Positions 25,561 to 40,367 of a stretch of DNA of 64,000 nucleotides are shown here, in pieces; position 1 is the first letter of the stretch; each line of letters opens with the position of its first letter. The position numbers were made by a program, and so were the translations under genes. Source of the DNA: the human T2T-CHM13v2.0 reference genome, Homo sapiens; assembly GCF_009914755.1 (NCBI RefSeq), contig NC_060926.1. One strand, written 5' to 3'. Below the pieces are notes generated by a model. It did not search any database and was not told the DNA's origin. It worked only from the letters and a program-made list of their open reading frames with translations.

Positions 25561-27367
25561 GTATTTTTAAATAAGTGACTTGCTTTGTCTTTTTCTTTCC
25601 ACCCACTGCGAGGCTGTTACTCGAAGTAAGAAAAATTCCAGGACTGACTGACCATAAAAGAGTCAGGAGAGCAAAGTGTTGCCTTTCTCACCTCCGACCA
25701 TCGTCAGCAATGTGGTCACAGCCTCAAGTCTATGGTTCTTGGCTTCCAATTCCCAAACTCAGACGTCTTTTTGTGAAGTACATTTGTATAGCTGAGCACC
25801 TGGATGACCTATTTCAAGTTTAGCCCAGCAGGATTTATGCCACGTTGTCTTAAGATGAGGGCAAGGGGACATGTTAGGGAACCCTGCTTGGTGAGGGAAC
25901 AGAGAGGAAAGAGACAAAGTAATTGAGGAGAGAAGCTACCTGTTCTGATAATGGAAGAATAAGGGATGGAGAATAATGATAAGGCATTCTGAAGCTAAGT
26001 TTGATATTTATCTTCTTCTAACCCAACAACCTCATGTGTTTGGAAAGGTGTGGCTGTCAGGATAATACTACCTCCACCAGGACTGCAGTGTTGAACACTA
26101 AATGCTCACAAGGAGAATTCAGAATGTGAGAGTGATCATTTAAAAGTACTAGGGCTTTTTTTTTTAAAGCATTTAATTATATTACATTATTTAAACAACC
26201 ATAATTAGATGATAACCATAGTCATTTAAATGTATTTAATGTGTGATTTTTAAATTCCTAAGCATTGTGCTAAGTATAATGTTATTATCAATTAAATTAG
26301 CATTCTTACCACTTTTGCTCTCAGTAACTTTTCAGCCTTCCACTGCTATTATCTGAAATTTTATAGTAGCATCTTATCTGTAAAGGATCAGTGTGGTTAT
26401 CCCGTCTGTTCCATTAATAATTTTTTAATTAAATGAGATGACAGCTGTCCCTCCTCCATGTCCTCACTACCTTGTCACTATCGTTCTTTCCAAAGCAATT
26501 TTTTTTTCTGGTCTTCCTCATTTTTGCTCCTTTTTTCCCCCATAGATAAGTTTAGCTCCTGGTGTCTTTCACAAATGAATCTGGAATTTCTTCTCTGATC
26601 CTCATGCCACCTACCCCAATCTGTTTTCTCTCTGTCTTCTTGATTTCAGTACTGTATTCATTTCTTCCTTTCAGAAGATTTTCTTACTTCTCTCCATCTC
26701 TCGTCTTTAGTCCTTTCAATTGTCTTGGGGTTCCTTTCTTCTGAGTTCCCACTTTTTCCCCAAACACTTCAATCATGTTGCCTTCCATTTCTGTCTATTT
26801 TAAAAAATTAGATTGCACCTTAGGTTCTAAATACTCAGTTTAGGAACACAATTCTTATATAAAGAAACAAAATTAGTGCCAGCTTCATCATGGAAGCCCC
26901 GGTGACCTCACAACTGACAGCATCATATAAACAACCCCCGTGGCAGCCATTCGTTTATCTATTCAATTCCAAATATTTTTTCTCTAGTGATCTTTCTTGA
27001 TGAGAAATGAAGGATATTCACTTTGGAACAAGTAATCGACTTGATACCCAAATATAACTCCCGGGAGAATGTGTTTCTTAAATAGTTCATCTTCCAGGAT
27101 GACCTTTTACTTACGATTGTGTTGCCATTGTTTTGAAGTCTTCCCTCTTGTTGATAAATAAATAAGATATCAAATTTTAAAAAAAGTCTAGTGTTATATT
27201 AAACTTGAGAGTTTAAAAGAAAGCGACTCAGGATTCAACCCTTATTCTATCCAAATTGGCTTATCTATTTCTAAACTGTGCATGTAGAGGCATAGATAGA
27301 ACTAGAAAAGATTTTACTGGGTTCTTGTTTTACGGATAAGGACCCAAGAAAGTAGAGCATTTGGACT

Positions 27368-27572
27368 TGCACTCTTCAATACAATAGCCATTAGCCATAC
27401 CTGGGAATTTAAGTTTAAATTAAGTAAAATTTAAAAAGAAAAAGTAATATTTATTAGTCACACTAGCCATATTTCAAGTTCTCAGTATCTACAATGGCTA
27501 GTGGCTGCCCTATTGGACAGTGCAGACATACAATGTTTCCATTTTAGCAGAATGGTCTTTTGGACAGTGCTG
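27368..27572. mobile_element. MER3 hAT-Charlie MITE
   Basis: agtcacactagccatatttcaagttctcagta...tggctagtggctgccctattggacagtgcaga...ttggacagtgctg. Confidence 0.8.
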
Positions 27573-27615
27573 GTTTGGGCCATATAAGGCTGAGATTCAA
27601 GAACCTGGGACTCCC

Positions 27616-27782
27616 TAGCTGGGCATGGTGGTGGGCGCCTGTAGTCCCAGCTACTCAGGAAGCTGAAGCAGGAGAATCTCTTGAGCCCAGGAGGTGGAGG
27701 TAGCAGTAAGCTGAGATTGCACCACTGCACTCCAGCTTGGGTGACACAGAGACCCCGTCTCAAAAAAAAAAAAAAAAAAAAA
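27616..27782 (+). mobile_element. 5'-truncated Alu (right monomer)
   Basis: tagctgggcatggtgg...gtctc followed by poly-A, with TSD AAGAA(C/T)CTGGGACTCC on both sides. Confidence 0.92.
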
Positions 27783-28293
27783 GAATCTGGGACTCCTGTA
27801 AGCTAAAGACCCCAGTGCCCTATAAGGAAATATATTTTATAATGTTTCCTTACAGTATAGGAACCTGAGAGGTCACATACACAGGGAAAGTGAATTACAT
27901 ATAATTTCGTACAGTTGACTGCTCATGAAAAGTTGCTTTTCAGCTTACAAAGCATTTTAACATCTATCATCCTATTTGAAGCCCACAAGAGCCCTGCATA
28001 ATAGGAAGAACAAGTGTTCAGCATCTTCATTTCACAGACGAGGAAATAGTGGCTCAGGGAAATTAGGACTTGTCCAAAGCCATGTTTCTTTTAAACTAAG
28101 ACATGAACCCAAATCTTCTGCTCTAAATCCCTTGATGTTTTTATCTTGTCAAAATGCACTGAGAGAATGGGTGTTACCAAAAAAAAAAAAAAAAAAAAAA
28201 GACCACGTATATTAAGAACATTCTAGAAGCCAGGTGCTTTGCCAGGTATTTTATATGTGTTATCGTATGTAATCCAGCCTGAGCTTTAGTCTT

Positions 28294-28336
28294 TTTTTTT
28301 TTTAAATTATTATTATACTTTAAGTTTTAGGGTACG
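28294..28336 (-). mobile_element. Extremely 5'-truncated young L1PA insertion (43 bp)
   Basis: Minus strand reads GTACCCTAAAACTTAAAGTATAATAATAA plus A tail. Perfect 13-bp TSD GAGCTTTAGTCTT at 28281-28293 and 28337-28349. Confidence 0.9.
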
Positions 28337-28359
28337 GAGCTTTAGTCTTAAACGTCCAA

Positions 28360-29360
28360 CTGCCTACTTCACTTCCCGCTTTGAAAATCTAATAAGTTCT
28401 CAAACTTACAGAGTCTAAGGTAGGATCGCAGATAGCCTAGACAAGAGATGGTAGCTCAGATGGAAGTGATTTTAGTAGAGGTGGAGAAAAATTAAGATGC
28501 TTAGGTTATATTTTAGAGAGCAGGTTCGCCGAGTTTGCTGATGGCGGGGAGAGGGAAGTGAGGAACCAAGAGGGACTCAAGTTTTTCACATAATCACTTT
28601 GGTGGATGCTGATGCTCTTTACTGAGACAGAGTGTTTGCTTAAAAATGTAAATCAGATAAGGCTGCTCCTCTGTTTAAATCCCTCGGTGGCTCCTTATTG
28701 CTCTTAGAGCAATCCCTCACCTTGCCCTATAAGGCACTCCATTATTTGGCCACTCTCCAGCCTCTCTTCCACCAAGTATACATTTGTTCTGTTTGCTCAG
28801 TCCCCAGCGGACTCCTCTCTGTCCTCCAGCTCTGCACTCCTGTCTCCTCCCTGGGCTTTGCTTTTGCTTCCTCTGCCCAGAAAACTCTACCCTTGATGCT
28901 CACTCTCCTCTCCTCAGATCTCAGTTCAGGTGTCACCTCCTTGGGGAAGCCTTTTCTGATCGTTCTGTCTCAAGTGCTCCCATGCTCACTGTCAAGTCTG
29001 CATTACCCTCTTTATTTCCTTTGCAGCACTGCATCACAATTTTAATTAACTTGTTCACAGATTTTTTTCCTTATTTATTGTCTAGGAACCCTGTCACCTC
29101 TGCTTTCTGAAATATATGCCCTTTAACTTTGAACAGTGCATATTAGCCTAGTAGATGCCCAATAAATATTTACCTAATGAATATTTATTCAACAAATAAA
29201 CAACACTGAGACTAAGTACCATTATTATTTCCATATTACAGCTAAGGAGACAGAGGCCTAGATAATAATTTGCCAATTGCTTCACATTTAGTAGGTGGTA
29301 CAGCCAAAAATTGATCCCAAGTGTATCTGACTCTTGCTTTTAATCAAAGATCTATACTGT
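28360..29360. mobile_element. L2 relics followed by MIR
   Basis: ctcagatctcagttcaggtgtcacctccttggggaagccttttctga and ...caataaatattt (L2 3' end); ttacagctaaggagacagaggc (MIR). Confidence 0.65.
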
Positions 29361-29897
29361 GACCTTATTTTGTAAAAAAATTCCTTGTGTTTGTTCATCA
29401 AACATTTATTGAGCACTTATAATGTACCAGGCACAGCAGACCACACTGGACAAATTCTAGCTCTTCAAAAATGTGATACATTCCCTTTCTTCATGTGGCT
29501 TCCAAAGCAAGCAGGCAATCCTTTTGTAAGGTGAAAAAATTATCATCCATTCATTTTACACATTATGTGACTCATTTAAACCTGCACGTACTTGTTATAA
29601 CAAAAGAATCTTAGGAATAAGCTAGTTCTTGAAATGGCATTTTTGTCTCCCTTCCTTCCCACTCCAGATGACAAGAATCCCTTCTTTTAGATGATTTTCT
29701 CTAATGGATGTTTTAGAAGATTTTTTAAATAGCTGACCAAAGTAAAATATATACAACTTATTTGGGGACCATCCAAGTGGTTTTTCATAACAGACCGAAT
29801 TATTAGTGACACAGATGTGATCCCTTAAATTGGCATTAAAGGAAAACCTGGAGGAGGGAGCTGAAAGAAGTGAGTTGTATATTAAAAACCTGGGTTC

Positions 29898-30266
<369 letters not shown>

Positions 30267-30849
30267 TCATCAATGAAATGAAAAAAAAAAAAAAGAGTGC
30301 TTACTACCTACATCATAGGGAATCAGGAATTCCACATCATAAGACAAAATTGTGTGAAACTAATGAATTCATAAAAATGCTCTGAAAAGCCAATGGTTCC
30401 ATGAAACATGTTTCTGTTATTTTAGGACCTCGTTTGCTCCTTAAAGGATGGGGAAAGTGGATGGGTCACAGGTACAAAGGGATAGAGAGCTCTGTTTTCT
30501 TTCCCAGCCTTATTCTTTCACTCATTCATGCTGGGATTCCATGCCTCTGAGCTTCCAGACACACAGTTTCTTCTGCCCGCCATGCCCTTTCCTCACTGAT
30601 GATTTTCTTGTTCTATTTCAAGACTCAGGTTGAACCTCACTTTCCCTATACAGCCTCCCTGACTCCTCCCTCTAAGCAGAGTAATTGTTCCTTTTTCTGT
30701 GTTTTTTGAATATTGTGATCTACTTCTCAAATCTAGCTTATGTTAACATTATAGTGTCATCTGTTTATAGATCACTAGATTGGGAGCTTCAGGAGGGTAG
30801 GGACTGTCCAGTGTTCATGGGATTGTCTTCCTCACCTCCACCTTCCAGT

Positions 30850-31400
30850 AACAGCTCCTGTTCACCTACACCCATGTGGTTATCATAGGGTCCACCATCC
30901 TAGTCCAGTGTGACCCCACACCTTGCCCCTGCTGATGGGTTGGAGGTAGGCACCTGACAGAAGCAGAGAATCCCACCCCACAGGGCAGAGTTATCTGGTG
31001 AGCTCCTGGTCCAGGGCTAATCAGTGGCTTTCCTCGGGAATTCTGGAATTGGAACTGAGAAAAGGAATTCAGTCTCTCTGGTTTTGAAGCAAGAAATTTC
31101 AGAGCAATTGGTAGCCCTGTTTTCTGACAATAAGGGCAAAATCAATGGAAGTCTTTAGAAATAGAAGAATGAAATAAATGAACTGAGGGGAACAGAGCTC
31201 AGATGGAGGGTCCTGAGCTCTTGAACCCCCCATTCTAGAAGTCATGTTTCACTGCTAGGGTTTGCACAAAGACACCCTAGTGTCCCTATAATAAATTATA
31301 CCCTAGAGTCCTTATAATGAACTCCCCATTGTGCATAGACCACTTCGAGTTTTTGTCACCACCAAAAATAAATAAATAAACATAAATGTTCAGTTCTAAC
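30850..31400 (+). mobile_element. Old MLT1 (K/L-like) LTR
   Basis: ggaattctggaattggaactgaga...ataaattataccc...tttttgtcacc...ctaactaata. Diverged. Confidence 0.45.
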
Positions 31401-34400
31401 TAATAGAATTTGCCTTGTGCATCTTTGGAATCCCTAGCGTTTGGCACAATCTTTAGCTCATTGTCTACTCACTAGTTAAATTAGTAAATTAATTAATCCT
31501 AATCCCAATTCCTGTGTCATACAGTTTTTACAATACTAAACAGAAATGCCTGACCTTATAAGTGACCAAACACAAAAATGTAGTTGTGTTTTTAGCTTTA
31601 AAAATGGACTTAAAAATATATTTCAACTTACCCTCTGAAAAAACCTTCAGGATATTTATAACTCAATTATAAATATAAGCATCTATTAAGTGAACCGAAT
31701 ATTTGGACATCCCATTACAGTAGGGTAAAAATTGCTTAATGAAATGCTGGTAGCACACAGTGGGTGAGAAAGAGAATGGACAGGAGAGTGATGTTTTGAC
31801 CTTAGCCTTATAGCTTAGGACTGCTGGGACTGAACCTCCCTGGGCTTCAGTTTCCTCACTCAAAAAACAAAGAACAGATAAGATAGGGAGTTGGGCTTAG
31901 AGAAAATCTACCCTCCTGACCTCACAGATTTATTATGACTCTTAAATGAGGTAAGATGTTAAAGATCTTGGAGAGCTGTAACATAACAACCAAAATGGGT
32001 ATAGCTTTCACTATTAATAGTTCACCATTATTGTCCTAGCTTTGCTAGTAATTACTTTGATAAATTGTTTTCTCTTTATTTTATGCCTGTTAGAGCTGTT
32101 ATTAAAAATCTAAATAACCAAGTCAAATCAACCCAATCAGCTTTACTATTATAGTACTAGAAGTACTACCACCCGTGATTGGTTTGTGACAACCAATATA
32201 AAGGTCCCCTTAGAGAGAGATGGGGGACGGGTGGAAGAATGGCTCAGAATATTCTGCTGAAACACTCTTCGGTACCTTTCCCTTTTCTCTCAGCTTCTCT
32301 CTCTTTTCTTCAACTCTCACTGAGTGCTATTTCCCAAGACAGAAGTCTTTTATTATAATAATAGTATGTTAGACTTTCCTGATATTTTATTTTGAAGGAA
32401 ATCCAAGTCATTGAACAAGCAAGTGTTGTCTCCTTTAAACGGCTGAAGAAACTGGCCCAGGGAGGCGATGCCCCCGGAAAGTCACACGGCTGGTGAGTGA
32501 CAGAACCGAGGGGAAAGAGCTGAATCTTCTGCTCAGACCATCTAGAATACATGAACAATGCCATTGTTCTCTCTATACCAAAATAACTGAGGCAGGGAGG
32601 CCTAAATGGTCTTTGTTGCTGTTGGGAAGGAAAGGGGACAGAAATGAGCGGGCGCTTAATCACTGCGCCGCTGGCCCAATTTCCTCACCCTTCTTCCTCC
32701 CAGTGCTCTCCAAGAATTGCAGGAAATCAGACCTCTAATATGGAAAAACTAACACTTAGCAAAGAAAATGGCAAACATTCCCACCGGGGTTCTGTTTTCT
32801 GAGAGTGCATTGATTAGCTTTTCAAGGATGAAGTCTCCGGACAAAGAGCAGGATGGAACCTGGGAAACACCTGCCCCAGGCTCGCTGAGGATCCCCCTGT
32901 TAAGGGGCATCTTGGCTCTGTGTGGAGTGGGGGACACGGCACTTGGGGGGCTGCAGAAGAGGAAGGGAAAGAGAGAGGCCAAGTGCCACAAATGGAGATC
33001 CCCACCATTGTCTTTCTTGTCCTGAACCCCAAAGCTGAGGCCACAGTCCAAGCTTCGGGCTGAGCGTGAGCAGTGTGCGCATTTCTCCAAGAACCATGAT
33101 TACCTTCAGATCCAGAAACACCCCGCCCCCGCCCCAGAATGATGAGAATTTCTGTTAGTAAAGATAATGACAGCCAGCACTTATCAAGCATGTTACATGT
33201 GCCAGGCCTGACTCCCCTCATTGTCCATGAATCAAATCGTGTAATTCTTAAAATCATCTCCAGGAGCTAATTAATACAGCTTGGATGGAAAACATGGCGG
33301 ATAATTCATAATTAGTGTCTGGTTGTGCTTCACCATGTTTTTACATTTATCTTGCAATATAGGGCTTCTGATGTTTTTGGAAGTTATTCTAAACCAGAAG
33401 AGGAAGTCCTGTTGGAAAGATCTGACACAGAAGGATATGGAAAAGAGGCCCAGTGTCTCTCTCCAGCCATGTCCATGTTTCTCTGCAGCAGTTAGGGTGT
33501 TAGGGTTTCCAAGGGCTTCCCCAGGAGACTGAAGTCTGCAGTCACTTAGGGCAAGAAAAAGAGAAGCCACATGTCATCAGTTTTGTAGGAGAAAGCAGCA
33601 TTAAATGTAAAACGAAGGCTTACCCCGGAGATACTACAATGTAGATGATAAAGATTTTCCTTCATGTGCTCAATTGTGCATTCTGTGGAAGATTGTATCT
33701 GTTGTCATTTGTGTACTCAGAGCCTAGCACAGAGATTGCCAGCATGTAAAACAGTCCTAATAAATATTTGTTGAATGAATGAAAAGAACGATGGAAAAGA
33801 TAAACAGTTCTCTGGGACCATTCAAATTATTTTGCTGTTCTATAATTTTTATGTCAAATATTTCTGGAAATTATATTATCACAGAATTTATGAATAGAAC
33901 TTTAAAATTCAGTTAATCCATTCTTTTTATGTTTTAGGAAAGAAAGAATGGGGCCCAGAAAGGCTAAGCAATGTGCCTCAGGTCACAAAGCTCACCAGAG
34001 GCACAGCTAGAGCTAGGACAATGCTTCCTGACTCCTCATCCACCATCATTTCTGCCTGTACACCATGTTGCCTCACACCTGGCAATAAGAAAACTCATCT
34101 TTGTCCTCACTGTAATGGAATAATGTGGGTTTTTTTCTTCATTATGCAGCTTTCCTCTTGATTTTCCTCTTAGTTCTCCTCTTGATTCTCTCTTGATTCA
34201 CTGTCTTGAAAAGTGCTCTGAATTTTTTTACCCCTTAAGACTTTTGCAAGAAGATGCAGCAGAAGTATGGATGAGGAACAATTGGTAGTTCTGGAAAAGT
34301 GAGTGGGTCAATGCAAGAGTTGGCGTACACTGTAAATTATAAACACACAAAATAGAACTATTTGCAAGGCTGTGTTGAATATTCTGAGGGAGTTGACCCC

Positions 34401-34439
34401 AAAATAAATAGGAAGCCTCTTGCATTGCACTGAGGAAGC

Positions 34440-34900
34440 ACACCTGAGCTGCCCATCTTTTCCTTCTTGCCTATGGTTCAGCCTTGGTTCTGGAAGGATA
34501 AACACATGTGCCTTGGCCTTGTCCCAGAGCAACAGCCAATTCAGCCACCTGGGAGCCTGGCCAATTAAATTCTTTCTCATGGGAAATTGGAATGGGGACC
34601 CAGAGACCGTGTCAGTGGGGAGCCAGGTAACAGGTTCTGTAGAGCCTGGGACTAAGGAAGTTTAGAGGCAGCTATGATAGAAGTGACATTAGGCCATATG
34701 CAATGGGTGAGGAGGCAAGGAAGTTCGTTTGTGGAAGGAAGAGAAAATATATAAAGAAAAGGAGAAATGAAATGAGAGAGAGGGAGAGGCCTGATAACTC
34801 TCAAATTCCCACAGCGATGATTTTTCCAACAGGGTTTCATCTAATCCCTCTACATCTTTTTTATTAATCTTTTTACCTTGATACAATTGTAGTACATTTT
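34440..34900 (+). mobile_element. Old MLT1 (L-like) LTR
   Basis: cacctgggagcctggccaattaaattctttctcatgggaaattggaat...ttctttgcaa. Diverged. Confidence 0.45.
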
Positions 34901-36213
34901 TGTTCTTTGCAAGGAGATGTTGACGTCTGAGTTGGAGCAGCCAATAGAGCAGAGGATACATTTTGCTTTTAAAGTGAACTGCTGCTGGAAAAGGAATGCA
35001 ATTTTGAGAATGAGGATAGAAGAGAATAGAGCTGGCAGAAACAGGAAAGGGGACCCAAGAAGAACGAGGCATGGAGAATGCCACAGCAATGAGCCTGGGG
35101 AGGCTGAGGGGTGTGGGTGAATTGGCTGTCTTCCAGACACCCCGTTGACTTGGTGCCCAACCATTCACATTTTCTGTCCCCAAGAGCCAATCAGCTGCTC
35201 ATCAGCACAGCACAGGGAAAGCATCAAAGGGATTTAATAATGGTTGGCAAATGTCAAATTACATTGAATCTAAACCAAATTCCAGACATTTAGGGCTGTG
35301 CAGTCATTAACAATCAATTAGTGCACTTGCTTTTCAGTCAAAGCATTTTTAATACCCTCTCCTTTCCATGACAAGGAGACACATGCTTCGCCTCCTTCTC
35401 CCCTCAGCAGCTGAGCAATGGATCCCTCCTCTAGCTTAGTCAGTAAAGGAACAATTTAGTTGCTGTTCTCATTGTGGTTTTCTCTCCTTGTTTGCACTTT
35501 CAGGAGTGGAAGGAAATGTTAAGTGGCATTTATACAGCCCATCCTGCAAATGTGGGCTAAGGAAGGAGAAATTGGTCATTTTTCTCTTTCTTAGGAATCA
35601 TGAAATAATAAAAGTAAAGATGATGTAGAGAATCATCCAAAACCTTTTCTCTAGTCGGAATCATGAGACCATGGACTCTGGTACTCAGAGGAATGATGTA
35701 TACCAACTATACAGGGAGGATGTTACGTGAACTCATTTCACCTCTAATAGCCCATGTTCTGATGCAGCAGGATTACATTCCAGCAACAGAGCCAGTAAAC
35801 ATTTACCACAAAACAAGACATCGTTCTGTTGATTGCTGCGTATCTGCTCCATCCTTCCCTTTCCAAATTAGCTCAGATTTATGGCAATTCCCTTCCTGTT
35901 CCAAGAGCCAACCACATCCTCTCTGGGGTGCTGCAGGTCAGAGGAAGGAGATAAGCAGGGATCTGTCTCTGAGCATTCTCAGGAAGAGATTTCACAGGCG
36001 TTTTGAGAATTCCTCTTTTGCTCATATTTTTCCCTGCTAGGTCTTCCACAGGCCTATTCTTAGAATAACTTTCTCAGAATACACAAAAGCCCATTTTTGC
36101 AAACTGTGACATATATTCCTTCCTCCAATTTTGTTGATTAAAAAAATCTGGACATACAACTGGGCTTAGCTCAAAATGCTTTGTTGACAGACAACAGACT
36201 CATATGGGGTCTT

Positions 36214-36216
<3 letters not shown>

Positions 36217-36254
<38 letters not shown>
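36217..36254 (+). repeat. (CT)n microsatellite
   Basis: About 18 perfect CT units. Confidence 0.95.
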
Positions 36255-36256
<2 letters not shown>

Positions 36257-36473
36257 GGTCCTCAAGCTCTTAGTCCCAGGGAGCTTCTGCTTAAAAGCTG
36301 AGCTTCAGTGGCAAAAAATGGCAGTGAGGAAGAAGGCAAAATTTTAAAAAACGAAGAGGACTTGCAACGTAGACGGTGCCCATGGCTTCTGAGAAGCCAA
36401 GGGTAAGACACAGACTGTATAGTCTTACATCTTAAAGCAGGCAAGTTCTTCAGTCTTGGTAACAGGTATTTCT

Positions 36474-36855
<382 letters not shown>

Positions 36856-37254
36856 TCAGCAAAGGGCGTGAGATGCCAAGTCCATATAAGAGGACTGAAT
36901 CAAACCCAACCAAATACAAACTACTATCCCCAAAGAGTTACCACCATAGATGTCTTTTCTGGGAAAAGACCCAGGGATAGTCGATTTCAGTACATTTTCA
37001 AGAGTGGGTTCCTGGAACTTTACCTGAACAGCTAGCTGCCTTCTTGGAAGTCACCCCATAGTGACTGGTGGTAGCGCAGTTTTCTTTGTGACAGATCCCA
37101 AACATATGCAGTGCAATGAACAGACATACCATACTTTAAGCAAATCATAAGTACAGATGTTTAAAAATCCATATTTTTCAGAAAACTAGAGAAGGCTTAT
37201 TTTCTTTGTAAAAATGTTGCTTTGCTTTGCTTCACAGAATGATCCCTCTCCCAA

Positions 37255-37441
37255 AGTGTTTCTGAGACTGAGGTGGTCTGGGATGACCCTGAGAGAGCCT
37301 GTTAAAATGCAGATGTCCAAGCCCCACCCTGCAGAGGGTATGATTCAGGTTTGGGGTGAAACTCAGAAAACTGAATTTTTTTAAAAACACCCTTGATGAT
37401 TCTGATGCAGGTGGTCTTGGCCCACACATTAAGAAACATTG
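37255..37441. mobile_element. MER5A hAT-Charlie MITE
   Basis: gttaaaatgcagatg...gccccaccc...tgattctgatgcaggtggtc...cacacattaagaaacattg. Confidence 0.8.
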
Positions 37442-38027
37442 CACATAGTGGGTTTCTGCATGCATTTAAACAGAAGTCCATTTCTGTTTGGAAAATTATT
37501 ATGTTGTGTAACTCGAAGCCCACCTTTATTGTAATGGAAAAGACTGGAACTAAGGGAGAAGGTTTATATTTGGTATTTTACAATCCTAACTCTCTAAGAT
37601 TCATAAGATAGCTATTTTATTATTATAATTTTTTATTGCTCATGTGTCTTGTTAAGAAACATTCAAATTTGTAAGTATGTGATTAACACACCTTATACAA
37701 CATGCATTCCTGTGCTGACCTACTGTCTGGCATATCACAGTGTTTAACAAATAGACATGTGTTGGAATCCTCCATGTTAGCCTGCAGTTTCCTGTTTCTA
37801 ATTCTCCCTAGGGGGATCAGCAAAACAACCCAAATCATTCTCTCAGTAGCACCATTCTAAATTAGGCTGAAAAATGAACACCCTCCAACTGGGAGATAAT
37901 GACTTTATAAAGGTACAGAGGAAGAGGGGAGGAGGAAGAAGGATGACCTAGGGGAGATGGGGCCATGTCATTGGGGTGACACTAGAGAAGGAAGCCCAAT
38001 GTGGGTTTGGGAGATGGTTTATCACTG

Positions 38028-38058
<31 letters not shown>

Positions 38059-40367
38059 GCAGCTATCAGAAGGTAGAGAGGCGAGAGAAAGGCAAAACGG
38101 GAAAAGAGAATAAATGGGAAGAAAAATGAAAACAAAGAAACCAAGATTGGGAACAGAAAGGCGTTACCAGCTCTCAGCATCAAAGACAAGATTTACATTT
38201 TGGCCATTCATTAATATTGTCATCATGTACTATATGTGCATTGGAGTATAGTTAGATATTTCTAAGGAAAGAGAGAAAATAATTTTTTACAAGTTTGAGA
38301 CAGCATCAGTTCATTTAAGGTTTCCAGTGGTAAATCTTTTGGTTTTTGTTTCCATGAGTTCAGCAAACCATGTAAATAAGATCAGAGTTTTAAATTTTCT
38401 AATAGTCTGGGTGCTTTGACTAGCAATCCTATAATCCTAGTTCATGTACTTCTCAGAACAGTCTGCTGCAAACTTAACCCCAAGAACAGAATGTTGTCGA
38501 GCTGCAAAAAGGGTGTCATCATTGCTTAGGTTCTGATGTTAGAGTTCACAAATGATGTCCTTTAAATATACCCCCCAGTGACTCAAACACATCCTCGTTT
38601 TTATGAAGGACTGTTGACTTTCTGCTCACAGCAAAATAAGGATGCTGAAAGTTGTTGATTTAAAGAACAGAAGCAAGGCCAGCAAGTAGGGATGTGTAAT
38701 TGCCATTATTATCTGACAAGAAGCTGCCCACTTGCTTCTTGGGTCTGCCCTGCAGACCCAGGTTCCTGTAGACTCTCATTTTGGTCATGTAGGAGACTTT
38801 GCCTGCCAGAGAATATTGCTTCAGTTCCTTTATGAAATGGCATGACTATCCTGGAGTTCTGCAGTGATGGGCAAAAAACTGCCTGCCTGATTACTTACAC
38901 TTCCCACCTCCTGAATCCCCAAATTGGGCACTTGCTTCTATTTTTTTTCTATCCATTATCTCCCTACCTCTCATCCTCCTTGCACTTAAAAACTTTTCAT
39001 ATGAACGGATGGAATAAACGCATTAACTTTAAGGTCCATATGATAGATAGGGCATAAAGAATGATGTGTTCCTGATTAGTTGTAATTTAAAAATAAGGAA
39101 ACTCTTAGGCTAAAACAATAAACATTTAATAGTAGAATATCAAGTGTTTGGGAGCTGGTTGGAAAAATATTTTGGGGGCTGAGTTGTGTGTTCATGTGCA
39201 TGTATAGGCACTGGCCTGGGCATCTCAGAACTGTGCCACGAAGGTGAGCACATTTTGAAGCTGTGCCTCACAGCATGCATTAGTTTCTGGGCATTGACTG
39301 TTGATTGGGAAACCTGGGGAAAGGCTAAGGCTTCCTTGGAACAGTCAAGATCTAATGCTCAGGGCTCCAACCCCAGAACAATGGCAGGACGTGGCCACGA
39401 GCCCACCCACCGAAAGCGCCTGTACCTGAGGGAATGGGTGTTCCAAGCAGGGGAAAACGAGGCAGAGTATGTGCGTTCACTCCACTCACAGGCCACATTA
39501 TCTTTTTCCTCTTAGGGGATCTCTGCATCCTTAAGTAACTTCCCAGTCATCAAATCAGTCTTTATTAAATTTTCACATGCACTTAGTTTTCGATTCAATT
39601 TGAAATGTGCTCCGAGGAGCATCATATGGACTAAATAATTAGCTAAAGAGAAATGGTACAGCATAGATTTTAGAGAATGGCACAGAACAGTGCCTCTTAA
39701 ATACCACCAGTAGTAACTGAGGGCTTTTATGTAACACAAAGATGTGTACTTTTATTTTGAGTTATTTATTTTCATTTTTATTTAAAGGAAAAAATGGCTT
39801 ATCAGACCAGTAGTTTTGGGGATATTTTTGCTGAGAACAAAGCTAAAACAGGTATTTGGGTTTTAAAAAGTGTGTCAATTTAAAAAACGATTGAAGAAGT
39901 AATAAATAGTGCAAGGATAATAAAAGAATCTTGAAGGCTGTGCTCAAGTAACTGCAGTTTAAGAAACACTGCCAAGTCCAGGAGAGCATCACCGCATATC
40001 AATAGCCCTGGATTTACTCCTGTTGTGCAAAGGACGTACTATATGACCCTGGACAAGTTGGAACCTCTCTGAACCTCAGTTGACTGAAGTAGAACGGTGA
40101 CATTGAAGGAGATTGCCAAGATCGCCTCCCATGGTAGCATGTGGTGATGCTATTGATATTACAGGTTACCTTCTGTGTCTAGTGAGGTGGAAATGGGGAA
40201 ATGATGTCAATCGTGATACTATGTCTGGAGACATCATGTACATAAGCATCGAGTTGACTCCTCCTCACCCTGAAGCAGTGAGGTATAGAGAAAAGTCTGC
40301 CACTTACTGTGTTCCCTGGGCCTTGATCAAGTCACTTACTCTCTTTGAAGCCCAGTTTCTCTACTTG

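Noticed and set aside
31273-31325. ~26-bp imperfect tandem duplication (accctag.gtcc.tataat)
   Set aside because: Only two copies, inside a decayed LTR; ordinary slippage.
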